This document shows, piece by piece, positions 27,663 through 36,999 of a stretch of DNA of 41,571 nucleotides. The notes under the pieces are model-generated. The model did no database searches. It saw only the letters and a list, made by a program, of their open reading frames with translations, and had not been told where the DNA came from. The position numbers were made by a program, and so were the translations under genes. How positions within the stretch are numbered: position 1 is the first letter of the stretch; every line of letters starts with the position of its first letter. The stretch spans positions 1 to 41,571 of the forward strand of contig CANKEI010000001.1 of NCBI GenBank assembly GCA_947481115.1, written 5' to 3'. The stretch comes from a bacterium. GTDB lineage: Bacteria > Babelota > Babeliae > Babelales > JABDEC01.

Positions 27663-28196
27663 TTAAAGTTCGATAATTTTAGTGCTTGATAAATTTTCTT
27701 GCACTTTTATGGCTTGCATTAATTGCTCTAGTTTAGCCTTATCGGTAAATTTTTCGGTAACAATTTGGTACCAAGTATATAATTTATTTTTACTATTGCG
27801 ACTATGCTGTGTTTTAAGTTGTAAGTTATAACCCAAATTTTGGAGCTTATTTAAATATTTCCGCGCCGCTTTTAAGCTATTAAATCCCAGAATAGTTCCC
27901 TGATATTGTTGCTCAGTTGTTAAATTTACCTGCGAATCTTGATCCAACCCAGCTTGATCTTTAGGATTATTACTATCAGGCACTATTTTATTTAGCTCTG
28001 CTGCTTGCGCTAGAACTGCACTGGATAGCTGTTCAGTTAAATTTGCAACCGGTTGTCGACGGCCCCAAAAATAGCCGGCCAGAAAGCTAAGTAATAGACA
28101 AACTAGCAAAGCCGATAAGCCCAGACTAGCTTGCTTTTTAGCTATAAATAAACCAGTCGTCGAACGACATAAGCAATTTTCTGGTCGATTTTCCAC
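27663..28196 (-). CDS. Membrane-anchored SPOR-domain protein
   Basis: 177 aa with one TM helix. The C-terminal approx. 75 aa fit the SPOR pattern (YQGTILGFNSLKAARKYLNKLQNLGYNLQLKT…YQIVTEKFTDKAKLEQL). Confidence 0.6.
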   Translation of the reverse strand: MENRPENCLCRSTTGLFIAKKQASLGLSALLVCLLLSFLAGYFWGRRQPVANLTEQLSSAVLAQAAELNKIVPDSNNPKDQAGLDQDSQVNLTTEQQYQGTILGFNSLKAARKYLNKLQNLGYNLQLKTQHSRNSKNKLYTWYQIVTEKFTDKAKLEQLMQAIKVQENLSSTKIIEL

Positions 28197-28208
28197 TATT
28201 TCACTCGC

Positions 28209-29246
28209 TTACTTTTTATTCGCTAGATTAGCAAAATTTGGATCACTTAACAGTCGCTTAATATATAGATCAACATCGGTAGCCGTCAAGTTCAACCATT
28301 CAATTTCAATTTGCCCAGCGGAATTTTCGGTTAATTGGCGCGTGAGCATTTTAAAGAAAGCAATTTGGCGTTTAGCATAATTACGAGAACGTTTTTGAAT
28401 TAATTGCACGGTACTAGCAGCTAAGTTTTCTAGATCACCTGCTGACTTTAAACTGGTCAATAGATCATCGTAGCCAATCAAGCGTTTAGTTAGCAAAAAT
28501 TTTTCCCATGGTGTACCAACTAAGCCCTGGACTTCGGTTAACCAACCAGCGTCTAACATCTCTAAGACACGCTGATCAATTCGGGCATATAGTTCGGGCA
28601 AGTCACGTGTTAAAACAATTAATTTAATTTTTTCTATCTTGGGTATTATAGGCGCAAATATTGGCTTAGCTTGCGAAGGCAATATTTTATATCTCTGCCA
28701 GATTTCTAATGCTCTTTGAACACGATAACTGTCCTGCGGATCAATCGCTTGTGCTCGCACCGGATCAATTAAATTTAATTTTTCCCATAATTTTAAATTT
28801 TCTAAGCGCGAGTTATTGTCATAAATCACCCCGCTATTATCAGACGCCTGGGGAGAAATTTTATCCAAGGGGCTCTCAAAAAACAGTGCTTGCAAGTAAA
28901 AGCCTGACCCGCCGACTAAGATTGGTGTAGCTTTAAGCTCTTTAGTGCAACTATCGGGACTCGAATTTTCTGGCGAATTAGCTACTTGAAGCTTTAATTT
29001 TTTAAATAATTTGCTGACTAGTCTGCGATATTCAAAAGCCGTAAAATTCTCTGGTTGATCTAAAATATCAAATAGGTAATGGGGCACTGGCTCATTGCGC
29101 CAATCAGGTTTAGCGGTGCCAATTGTCAGTGGTGTATAAAGCTGGCCCAGATCTGCATTAACTATCGCTGGATTTTTGAACTGCGCCGCTAGCTTTAAAG
29201 AAAGTTCTGTCTTGCCGACGCCAGTCGGCCCCGCAATGATAATCAT
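28209..29246 (-). CDS. miaA: tRNA dimethylallyltransferase MiaA
   Basis: MIIIAGPTGVGKTELS P-loop start and GGSGFYLQAL motif. 345 aa, with an insertion. Confidence 0.9.
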   Translation of the reverse strand: MIIIAGPTGVGKTELSLKLAAQFKNPAIVNADLGQLYTPLTIGTAKPDWRNEPVPHYLFDILDQPENFTAFEYRRLVSKLFKKLKLQVANSPENSSPDSCTKELKATPILVGGSGFYLQALFFESPLDKISPQASDNSGVIYDNNSRLENLKLWEKLNLIDPVRAQAIDPQDSYRVQRALEIWQRYKILPSQAKPIFAPIIPKIEKIKLIVLTRDLPELYARIDQRVLEMLDAGWLTEVQGLVGTPWEKFLLTKRLIGYDDLLTSLKSAGDLENLAASTVQLIQKRSRNYAKRQIAFFKMLTRQLTENSAGQIEIEWLNLTATDVDLYIKRLLSDPNFANLANKK

Positions 29247-29355
29247 ATTGCCCCTAAGAAAACTCTAAGATTTTGATTCTTTAGAGCTTAGCAGAAACCC
29301 GAAAACGGGCCAGTATTTAAACCAGCCCGCTCAAGAAAATATTTAAAAAAATCAG

Positions 29356-29892
29356 CTAAATTTGCCTGCCTGTGAGATAAGCTGGGGTGTTTTTCGCCCA
29401 GGTAAAAGCTCCGCGCAACAGCTCTACAGCCCGCTCTTCCATCTCATTACGCACCAAAGAAATCTCTTCTGCCAATAGCGATTCAGTTTGCATTAATAAA
29501 CTTCGCTCACCAAAAGAAAGTTCTTTACGTCGCGAAATGTGATTTAAATCACGATAAATTTTAGATATTTCAAAGATGTCACCGGTTTTGATTTTAAATT
29601 GATACTTTTTACTGCGTTTATTCCATGAGCTGGGAATAGTTAACTGAATTCCAGTACAGTCATTAGGGGTAGATAGAATCTTAAAAATATGATCGATGTT
29701 TTCCTCAGAGCTTAATTTACGAATACCAACCATCTCGGTATTATCAACTGGCACCAAGATCATCATATCTTTATGCAAAAAAACTAATTCGAAGAAAAAA
29801 GCTGATTTACCAGCAATGCTCTTTTCTATTATGCGATTAAGCCTAGCTACTCCATGCCCCGGATAAACCACTTTTTCATTAAGAACGAACAT
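29356..29892 (-). CDS. carD: CarD-family transcription regulator
   Basis: 178 aa. N-terminal KVVYPGHGVARLNRI Tudor-like motif, with CarD/CdnL size. Confidence 0.85.
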   Translation of the reverse strand: MFVLNEKVVYPGHGVARLNRIIEKSIAGKSAFFFELVFLHKDMMILVPVDNTEMVGIRKLSSEENIDHIFKILSTPNDCTGIQLTIPSSWNKRSKKYQFKIKTGDIFEISKIYRDLNHISRRKELSFGERSLLMQTESLLAEEISLVRNEMEERAVELLRGAFTWAKNTPAYLTGRQI

Positions 29893-30044
29893 TACTACTC
29901 CTTTTTTTATGTGTAGAACGTCCTCTTGGGTTTACTCGTCTAAGAATCTATTTTATCATAGACTGTTAGGCATTTAAAATTTAGTAGTTTAGCCCTGTGA
30001 TTAAGCGAGGAATTACGGCGCCGAAAGTTAGGTATTTTTAAATT

Positions 30045-31454
30045 ATGCTGACCAGATCGTCATCGCTATATCAAAAATTTATTACAAACATCAAGTGGAA
30101 CGCTATATCCGCTACATATTATCAAACGATTTTAACTTGCTTTATGGTTTGGCTGTTTAAAGTTACGCCGTTAACTACATATGGCTTAATTGGCACAATC
30201 TTTGCAATCTTATATTTATTAGTGGATTTTTTGGACTTAGGCTTCGATGGTTCGCTAGCCATCGATTTTAAATTATTGAGTGCCAATAAATTAAAATTCC
30301 GAAAAATATTTTTAACGCAACAGTTAGCGCAATTCAGCTTATTAAGTTTAGTGAGCTTGGGCATAATCTTTAAGCACGAAATGGTTAATAGCTGGTTTGC
30401 TGCTAAATTTAGTTGTTGTACGATCACGCCAGCCGTATGGCTAACTTTAGGGCTGTTGTTGGTTTTTGAAGCTTTGCTGAAAGATTTACGGGCGTTAGCA
30501 CAGTTGTTTTTCTTAAGTAGAACTTTAGCCGTAGCTCAGGTGCTAGGTATTACAGTTTACACTGGCATAATCTTATTAAATTATTATTTTAATCCCAACC
30601 AACTTAGTGATCTTGACTCCCAAGCTAGTCTCGCGCCTAGTTTATTAAAAAATAGTTTTTTCGATTTAAATTTAAATTTAATTTTTGCGCCACTATTACT
30701 TAGCTCGATCTTAAGTTTAATAATCTTAAGTTGGGCAATTTACCAAAAATACCGGCAGCTTCCAGGCTATAATATTTCACACGACACCATTGCGCCAGAA
30801 ATAAATCAAACAATTTCCGAACCAAGATTAACTATTAAAACTTTAATAATTCAGCGTTTTTGGATTTTTTTAAATCAGCTTAGTAAATTAGCTTTTAGTG
30901 GCAATTTCTTAATTACGCTTTTAGCCAGTTTATTTGGGGCTGCTGCGATCGCACCCCTGAAATTAACTAGCCGAATCGCGGTCTATTTACGCTATGTGCT
31001 ATATCACGGACTAGGCTTGCCAATTCGATCATTATTATCGCAAACCCAGACTAAGCTTACGTTTCGCAACTATCGCCCAATTTTAAGCCAGATTTTTTAT
31101 AGTTTCATGGGAATTCTCACCAGCGCTGCTGTAATCTTAGTTAGCTTAACTGTAATTCATGCCGAAAGCTTAGAGCTTTTAATGCGCGAAAACAGTTTAA
31201 TTTTCCTAGGAATCTTATTGCTCGATAGCTTGTTTTTAGCGCATGAACAATATTTGCTGGTAATTAATAAAATTTATTATTTTGTGATTCCCAATTTGCT
31301 TACGATTATTTTAATTTATAATTTAGCTAGTAGCTATCACCCTACTTTAAATAGCTTACTACTCAGCTTAGCCGCACTACGGGTCTTAACTTTTATTTTA
31401 ATTAATTTAATCGTAATCAAAAAATTTGTTGAAAAAACTCCACAATCATTATAG
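30045..31454 (+). CDS. Polytopic membrane protein, possibly a MOP-superfamily (Wzx/MurJ-like) flippase
   Basis: 469 aa with 12 or more hydrophobic segments. The N-terminal region loosely resembles polysaccharide-biosynthesis flippases. The product call is weak. Confidence 0.55.
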   Translation: MLTRSSSLYQKFITNIKWNAISATYYQTILTCFMVWLFKVTPLTTYGLIGTIFAILYLLVDFLDLGFDGSLAIDFKLLSANKLKFRKIFLTQQLAQFSLLSLVSLGIIFKHEMVNSWFAAKFSCCTITPAVWLTLGLLLVFEALLKDLRALAQLFFLSRTLAVAQVLGITVYTGIILLNYYFNPNQLSDLDSQASLAPSLLKNSFFDLNLNLIFAPLLLSSILSLIILSWAIYQKYRQLPGYNISHDTIAPEINQTISEPRLTIKTLIIQRFWIFLNQLSKLAFSGNFLITLLASLFGAAAIAPLKLTSRIAVYLRYVLYHGLGLPIRSLLSQTQTKLTFRNYRPILSQIFYSFMGILTSAAVILVSLTVIHAESLELLMRENSLIFLGILLLDSLFLAHEQYLLVINKIYYFVIPNLLTIILIYNLASSYHPTLNSLLLSLAALRVLTFILINLIVIKKFVEKTPQSL

Positions 31455-31494
31455 CTTCGACTCCAGTCTAATTTAATAATCTAAAGGAGCTCTA

Positions 31495-32205
31495 ATGAAA
31501 CAAGTTACATCTAGTTTATTATTGTTATCAGTGGCACTACTCATGGTACCCAGCGAACTTTTGGGTAAAAAATCACGCAAAAATCAGGACACCGTTGACG
31601 CTGCTGACACTGAAGACGGGGCTAGTAGCCACATGGCCGCTAAACCAGTTATGTCGCCAGCCGTTGCTGAAGATCCGGTGCCAACTGCACATAGCGCCCT
31701 AGCTAAAGCGAAGCACCAAGCCACTGTCGCTGGCAATTCTTATAATCGAGAACATGGCGTGGACGCGATTTTTATGGATTTAAAACATGACCTAGAAAGC
31801 TTGCTGGAAAAAGTCCAAACCGAGCTGGGTCATGGTGCTAATGCACACGCTGGCGCCGTTTATGAAGAATCGCTCACAGTTGATGCACAGCACCCCGCTC
31901 ATAAAGAACATCAAGATGTTAAAAAAGCGGTCAGCGCAGTTCACGCAGCTAAAAAAGGCTCGGACGCGATTGCTACTAAAGCGGTTGATCATGTCAAAAG
32001 TATTGCCGAAGGCGCTAAAAAATTAGCTAAAGTCGCTGACGATAATAGTCATCAACTGGGCGAGCAAATGGCCGCCCAAGCTAAAACTAATACTAATGCT
32101 GCTACCGGTATGGCAACAGCGTTAGCCAAATCTAATATTGATCGTGAAGCAGCTGCCAATTTAGCCGCTGTAAGTGCTCCGGCCGAAATTGCCGAATTAG
32201 ACTAA
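31495..32205 (+). CDS. Secreted Ala/His/Lys-rich helical protein; function unknown
   Basis: AAGGAG lies 5 nt upstream of the ATG. The signal peptide is MKQVTSSLLLLSVALLMVPSELLG. The composition is biased and amphipathic-helix-like. Confidence 0.6.
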   Translation: MKQVTSSLLLLSVALLMVPSELLGKKSRKNQDTVDAADTEDGASSHMAAKPVMSPAVAEDPVPTAHSALAKAKHQATVAGNSYNREHGVDAIFMDLKHDLESLLEKVQTELGHGANAHAGAVYEESLTVDAQHPAHKEHQDVKKAVSAVHAAKKGSDAIATKAVDHVKSIAEGAKKLAKVADDNSHQLGEQMAAQAKTNTNAATGMATALAKSNIDREAAANLAAVSAPAEIAELD

Positions 32206-32218
32206 AAAAAGCTTACTT

Positions 32219-32297
32219 GCCCGCCTACGTAGGCGGGCATCCCAGGGCAAATCATTATTACTCCAGCGGGGCTGGGATGCCCGCTGGAGTAATTTTT
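32219..32297 (+). terminator. Compound terminator or attenuator-like element with three mutually exclusive helices
   Basis: H1 pairs 32219-32225 with 32232-32238 (gcccgcc/ggcgggc). H2 pairs 32233-32245 with 32272-32284 (gcgggcatcccag/ctgggatgcccgc, 13 bp). H3 pairs 32258-32270 with 32280-32292 (ttactccagcggg/cccgctggagtaa, 13 bp) and is followed by TTTTT. Confidence 0.7.
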
Positions 32298-32368
32298 AAT
32301 AAAAAATCTGAAAAAGAAAACTTTCAGTAAATCTGAGTCTTACTCGCTAAGATTTTTAGCTAGACAGA

Positions 32369-32397
32369 TTGACATAATTAACAGCTAAAATTATTAT
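32369..32397 (+). promoter_or_regulatory. Sigma-70-type promoter of dnaK
   Basis: TTGACA (32369-32374), a 17-nt spacer, then TATTAT (32392-32397), about 75 nt upstream of the dnaK ATG. Confidence 0.6.
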
Positions 32398-32470
32398 CTT
32401 AATAGTTTTAAATAAAATTTATTACTGTCCAAACAACTAAAACTAAAAATTAAAACAAAGGGGTATTCAG

Positions 32471-34366
32471 ATGGGAAAAAAAATTATTGGTATTGATTTA
32501 GGTACCACTAACTCGGTCGTTTCTTTCATGGAAGGTGGTTCGCCTAAAGTAATTCCTAACAAGGACGGCTCTAATACTACACCTTCAGTAGTAGCTTTTA
32601 CCAAAGACGGCAAACGCCTCGTTGGTACACTGGCTAAACGTCAAGCGATTACTAATCCAGAAAACACTATTTACTCTGCTAAAAGATTTATCGGCCAAAA
32701 ATATGACGATGTCAAAACTGAAGCCGCTAAGATGCCATACACCGTAGTTAAACGCGCCAATGGCGAAGTTGGAATTATGGCCCAGGGTAAAGAATATACT
32801 TCACAAGAAATCTCAGCCGCGATTTTAGCACAGCTAAAAGAGATCGCCGAAGATTATATCGGTGAAACAGTCACTGAAGCTGTGATCACAGTCCCAGCTT
32901 ATTTCAATGACGCTGAACGTCAGGCTACTAAAGATGCCGGCAAAATTGCTGGCTTAGATGTTAAACGGATTATTAACGAACCAACTGCTGCTGCGCTAGC
33001 ATATGGCGAAGATAAGAAGAAAAACGGGATTATAGCCGTTTTTGACTTCGGTGGCGGTACTTTTGACGTTTCAATCTTAGATATCAATGATGGTATGATC
33101 GAAGTTAAATCAACCAACGGTGACACTCACTTAGGTGGCGACGATATTGACCAACACTTGATTGATTATATTATCGCTGAGTTTAAAAAAGAACATGGCA
33201 TTGATTTAGCCCAAGATAAAATGGCACTTCAACGCTTAAAAGAAGCGGCTGAAAAAGCTAAAAAAGAGCTTTCATCACTGAGCGAAACTGAAATTAGTTT
33301 GCCATATATTACCGCAGACGCTACCGGACCTAAACATCTAAGTTTAAAGATTTCACGCGCTAAACTTGAATCACTCTGTGCTGACATCTTTCAACGCTTG
33401 CTAATTCCATGCAAGAATGCCCTAGCTGATGCCAAAATACCTAAAGAAAAAATCGACGAAGTTTTACTAGTCGGTGGCTCAACTAGAATTCCTAAAGTTC
33501 AAGAGCTAGTAAAAGAGTTCTTTGGCAAAGAACCTAATCGTTCCGTAAATCCTGACGAAGTAGTTTCAATTGGTGCTGCCATTCAGGGTGGTATCTTAGC
33601 TGGCGATGTCACAGATGTATTATTATTAGACGTTACGCCATTATCCCTAGGCATCGAAACTCAAGGTAGTATCGTAGCTAAGCTAATCGAACGTAATACT
33701 ACTATCCCAACTAAACGCTCACAAGTCTTCTCGACCGCTGAAGATAATCAAACTTCAGTTGATATTCGGGTTTTTCAAGGTGAACGTGAATTCGCTCGTG
33801 ATAATAAACTATTAGGTCAATTCAGACTAGATGGTATTCCAGCTGCCCCCCGCGGCATGCCACAAATCGAAGTTACTTTCGATATTGATGCCAACGGCAT
33901 CGTGCATGTGACTGCCAAAGACAAGGGTACTGGCAAAGAACATCGCATTACCATTTCTAATAGCGGTGGCCTATCTGATGCCGAAGTGCAACGTATGGTC
34001 AAAGAAGCCCAAGAGCATGCTGTAGAAGATCAGAAGGCACGCGAATTAATTGAAAAACGTAATCGTTTAGATGGTTTAATTTTAGAAATCGAAAAAACGG
34101 CGCACGAAAATAAAGACAAAATCGGCGCTGAAGAAATTCAGAAAGTCGAAGTTGCGCTAGAAAAAGCCCGCACAGTTCTAAAAGATAGCACTGATAATGC
34201 GGAACAAATTCAAGCGGCGACAGATGAGTTGATTCAGGCTTCGCATAAAGTAGCTGAGATTTTATATCAGCAGAAATCTGGTGAAGCCCCAGATCAAAAT
34301 AATTCTGGTGCAGATAATTCTGGCGACTCACAAGAGCCAATTGAACCAGAAGTGACTGAAAAATAG
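32471..34366 (+). CDS. dnaK: Molecular chaperone DnaK (Hsp70)
   Basis: 631 aa. [18 protein letters not shown] and other canonical Hsp70 signatures. AAAGGGG SD. Confidence 0.98.
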   Translation: MGKKIIGIDLGTTNSVVSFMEGGSPKVIPNKDGSNTTPSVVAFTKDGKRLVGTLAKRQAITNPENTIYSAKRFIGQKYDDVKTEAAKMPYTVVKRANGEVGIMAQGKEYTSQEISAAILAQLKEIAEDYIGETVTEAVITVPAYFNDAERQATKDAGKIAGLDVKRIINEPTAAALAYGEDKKKNGIIAVFDFGGGTFDVSILDINDGMIEVKSTNGDTHLGGDDIDQHLIDYIIAEFKKEHGIDLAQDKMALQRLKEAAEKAKKELSSLSETEISLPYITADATGPKHLSLKISRAKLESLCADIFQRLLIPCKNALADAKIPKEKIDEVLLVGGSTRIPKVQELVKEFFGKEPNRSVNPDEVVSIGAAIQGGILAGDVTDVLLLDVTPLSLGIETQGSIVAKLIERNTTIPTKRSQVFSTAEDNQTSVDIRVFQGEREFARDNKLLGQFRLDGIPAAPRGMPQIEVTFDIDANGIVHVTAKDKGTGKEHRITISNSGGLSDAEVQRMVKEAQEHAVEDQKARELIEKRNRLDGLILEIEKTAHENKDKIGAEEIQKVEVALEKARTVLKDSTDNAEQIQAATDELIQASHKVAEILYQQKSGEAPDQNNSGADNSGDSQEPIEPEVTEK

Positions 34367-34393
34367 TCTAGGACTAAAATTAGACTAAAATTA

Positions 34394-34430
34394 ATAGCGA
34401 GCGGGAATTGATTAAGTTCTCGCTCGCTAT
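34394..34430. terminator. Bidirectional terminator between dnaK and the convergent small membrane-protein gene
   Basis: 14-bp stem, atagcgagcgggaa (34394-34407) with ttctcgctcgctat (34417-34430), including one G-U pair, with AT-rich flanks. Confidence 0.7.
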
Positions 34431-34455
34431 TATAAAAATATTATCGCAAGTGTGA

Positions 34456-34683
34456 CTACTTACAGCAACATTTACAACCAGTTACTAGCTGATATAAACC
34501 AATTACACCGGCTAGGCCAATCGCAATTTGTAACGGCTTCAGTAGCATTGGGGCATATTGTTGCACCAAGCCACCCTGAAAAACATTAATTCCGAAAGCT
34601 AATAAACCTACCGCAATCGCACCAGCTACTAATAAAACATCCGCAATAACGTACACGCTTCTTTCAATCATACCCTTGTTCAT
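34456..34683 (-). CDS. Small two-TM membrane protein with a C-terminal CKCCCK tail (possibly DUF2892/YgaP-TM-like)
   Basis: AAGGAG lies 6 nt upstream of the ATG at 34683. The sequence is MNKGMIERSV…LVTGCKCCCK. The ER motif near the N-terminus and the TG-C motif near the C-terminus recall DUF2892. Confidence 0.6.
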   Translation of the reverse strand: MNKGMIERSVYVIADVLLVAGAIAVGLLAFGINVFQGGLVQQYAPMLLKPLQIAIGLAGVIGLYQLVTGCKCCCK

Positions 34684-34814
34684 CGACATCTCCTTATTTT
34701 GTGTCAGAGTTTGAACATTTAAAACCACACCTAAGTTTTAACAATGAAAATGGGTTTTTTGCAAGAAGTTACAAATTCACAAGCAGTTTTTGTGAAAAAA
34801 GGGTATATTTTTAC

Positions 34815-34842
34815 TAAATAAACTAGAATAAATAAACTAGAA
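34815..34842. repeat. Perfect 14-bp tandem duplication in the ychF upstream region
   Basis: taaataaactagaa is read directly twice, at 34815-34828 and 34829-34842. Confidence 0.9.
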
Positions 34843-34883
34843 AATTTCAACTATTAATCTTGTAAATATACATAAGGGCATAT

Positions 34884-35999
34884 ATGAGTATCAAAGTTGG
34901 CTTAGTAGGACTGCCTAACGTGGGCAAATCTACTTTGTTTAATGCATTAACCAAATCTAACGTGCCCGCAGAAAATTATGCTTTTTGTACAATCGATCCT
35001 CATCTAGCAACTACCAATGTACCTGATCCACGCTCTGAGCAACTCTTAAAGCTTTATAATTCTACTAAAATTATTCCTTCACAAATCAATTTTGTGGATA
35101 TCGCAGGCCTCGTTAAAGGCGCAGCCTCTGGTGAAGGTCTAGGCAATCAATTCTTAGGCCACATTCGTGAAGTAGATCTAATTTTATATGTCTTACGTTG
35201 CTTCGACGATGTTAATATTATTCGTGATTCTGAAGTAGATCCACTCTCAGACTATGAGATTATCGCTACAGAATTAGTTTTAAAAGATTTAGAAAGTATC
35301 AGTAAGCGCTTAGAAAAATTACCTAAATTATTGCGCACTGCTGCAAGTAGCCCCAAAGAAAAATTAATTTTAGAGCAAGAGCAAGCATTCTTAGTTAAAT
35401 TAAATAAGCTCTGTGACACTGGCAACTTAGTTGAAATTACTAAATTTGTACGCGCTAACCAAGCGGCTAACACCCTGCCCTTACTCTGCACGAAAAATTT
35501 TTTAGTGATCGCCAATTTAACTGAAAGTGACTTAGACGGTAAAGCTTGGCAGCAAAATAAATATTATCAGACTTTGATCCAACATTTTGGTGCTGATCGC
35601 GTCATTCCAGTTTGCGCCAAGATCGAATACGAACTCTCACAGTTAGACAACCCAGAAGAAGTGGCCGAGTTAGCCAACATGATGGGCTTAGAAGGTTCTG
35701 GCTTAGATCGCATTATTTCTGCGGCTTATAAAAACTTGGGCTTAATTACGTTCTTTACTTGCGGCCCAAAAGAGATTCACGCTTGGCCCATTCCAGCTGG
35801 AATTACCATTCGCCAAGCTGCAGGCGAAATCCACTCTGATTTAGAACGTGGATTTATCTGTGCCGAAATCTTCAATTGCGAAGATCTTTTTAAAGCCGGT
35901 TCGATTAATACACTCCGCGATTCTGGCAAGTTACGTACCGAAGGCCAAGGCTATATCGTCCAAGATGGCGATATTGTTAACGTAAGATTTAATGTTTAA
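34884..35999 (+). CDS. ychF: Ribosome-binding ATPase YchF
   Basis: 371 aa. GLVGLPNVGKSTLFNALT P-loop, DIAGLVKGAS, and a TGS-like C-terminus. Confidence 0.95.
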   Translation: MSIKVGLVGLPNVGKSTLFNALTKSNVPAENYAFCTIDPHLATTNVPDPRSEQLLKLYNSTKIIPSQINFVDIAGLVKGAASGEGLGNQFLGHIREVDLILYVLRCFDDVNIIRDSEVDPLSDYEIIATELVLKDLESISKRLEKLPKLLRTAASSPKEKLILEQEQAFLVKLNKLCDTGNLVEITKFVRANQAANTLPLLCTKNFLVIANLTESDLDGKAWQQNKYYQTLIQHFGADRVIPVCAKIEYELSQLDNPEEVAELANMMGLEGSGLDRIISAAYKNLGLITFFTCGPKEIHAWPIPAGITIRQAAGEIHSDLERGFICAEIFNCEDLFKAGSINTLRDSGKLRTEGQGYIVQDGDIVNVRFNV

Positions 36000-36020
36000 T
36001 TTTAAGAGTTAATTTTATAT

Positions 36021-36055
36021 CTTGAGTTTTATTTGAGTTTTTATTTGAGTTTTTT
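36021..36055 (+). repeat. Three tandem copies of (C/T)TTGAGTTTTT(A/T) abutting the start codon of the hspR-like gene
   Basis: cttgagtttta (36021-36031), tttgagttttta (36032-36043) and tttgagtttttt (36044-36055), then ATG at 36056. Confidence 0.8.
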
Positions 36056-36478
36056 ATGGATAACAAGAAAAATTATCTTTCGATTTCTGCTGTAGCAAAA
36101 ATGTTTACGGTGCATCAGCAAACGATTCGCTTTTATGAAAAAGAAGGCCTAATTACGCCGAAGCGTTCGGCTGGCAATACACGTATGTTTTCAGAAGCAG
36201 ATATTCAACGATTAGAAGAAATTATCTATTATACGCACCAGCTGGGCATTAATTTATCCGGAGTTGAACTAATTTTAAAATTAAAAACTCAAATAGAGCA
36301 ACTACAAGCTACCATGAACCAAGCTTTTATCGAAACTCAAGCCCAATTAAATTTAGAAGTAGAAAATTCTAAACGCACAATTGAACATAGTGCAAAGCAG
36401 TTAACACGCCTAAAAAAATCTCAGAAACAAAAAACGGTTGACAGTAACCCATGGGATATGAAGTATGATGAGCAGTAG
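36056..36478 (+). CDS. MerR-family transcription regulator, HspR-like (heat-shock repressor type)
   Basis: 140 aa. The N-terminal wHTH YLSISAVAKMFTVHQQTIRFYEKEGLITPKRSAGNTRMFSEADIQRLEEI resembles HspR-type MerR proteins, and a coiled-coil tail follows. Confidence 0.75.
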   Translation: MDNKKNYLSISAVAKMFTVHQQTIRFYEKEGLITPKRSAGNTRMFSEADIQRLEEIIYYTHQLGINLSGVELILKLKTQIEQLQATMNQAFIETQAQLNLEVENSKRTIEHSAKQLTRLKKSQKQKTVDSNPWDMKYDEQ

Positions 36479-36512
36479 TAGTTTAACCGGCATTAAACTG
36501 TAGAGGTCCCGC

Positions 36513-36974
36513 ATGGCGAAAAAACCAAATTTATTACAAAATGAAGAGCAGATCGTACTATCTTACGAACTATTACAGTTAATGGATTGGCTAATGCAAT
36601 ATGAAGCCGAAGGTCTTAAAAAATTAATTTCTAAAGCTTTTAAACGCGGCTTATCACGTAATTTTAATCGGACAGTTGACAGTCAAAATCTATCTGCACT
36701 TTCATCGGACACCGTGGCTAATTTTATTTCGTTATTAGAACTACTTTTAGTAGAAACGGGCGCTGAACAAGCTAGTCAAAGTTCGCTGAATCGTGACTTG
36801 CTGCCAGAATTGGATCATATTGACTTGTCCAGCTGTCACTACTCCGTAATTCAGTCTAGTGCTGAAATCGCTTTTTCTAAAAAAGAAAAAAATCCCAGCG
36901 AGAACACTCAGGAATTATTATATAAAGAGCTTTTAAAACGCTGGAAACCCCATAAAAAACAACCTGAGAATTAA
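36513..36974 (+). CDS. Hypothetical protein, probably co-transcribed with the hspR-like gene
   Basis: 153-aa ORF with GAGG 6 nt upstream of the ATG. I recognise no motif. Confidence 0.55.
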   Translation: MAKKPNLLQNEEQIVLSYELLQLMDWLMQYEAEGLKKLISKAFKRGLSRNFNRTVDSQNLSALSSDTVANFISLLELLLVETGAEQASQSSLNRDLLPELDHIDLSSCHYSVIQSSAEIAFSKKEKNPSENTQELLYKELLKRWKPHKKQPEN

Positions 36975-36999
36975 GCTTTTATTAAAAGATTTTATAACT

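Noticed and set aside
32329-32355. A possible HspR operator upstream of dnaK (AAATCT-N15-AGATTT enclosing GAGT-ctt-ACTC).
   Set aside because: The spacing is 3 nt rather than 7 nt, and the arms do not match the canonical HAIR. The flanks are AT-rich and of low complexity. I keep it only as a comparison point in the hspR repeat finding.
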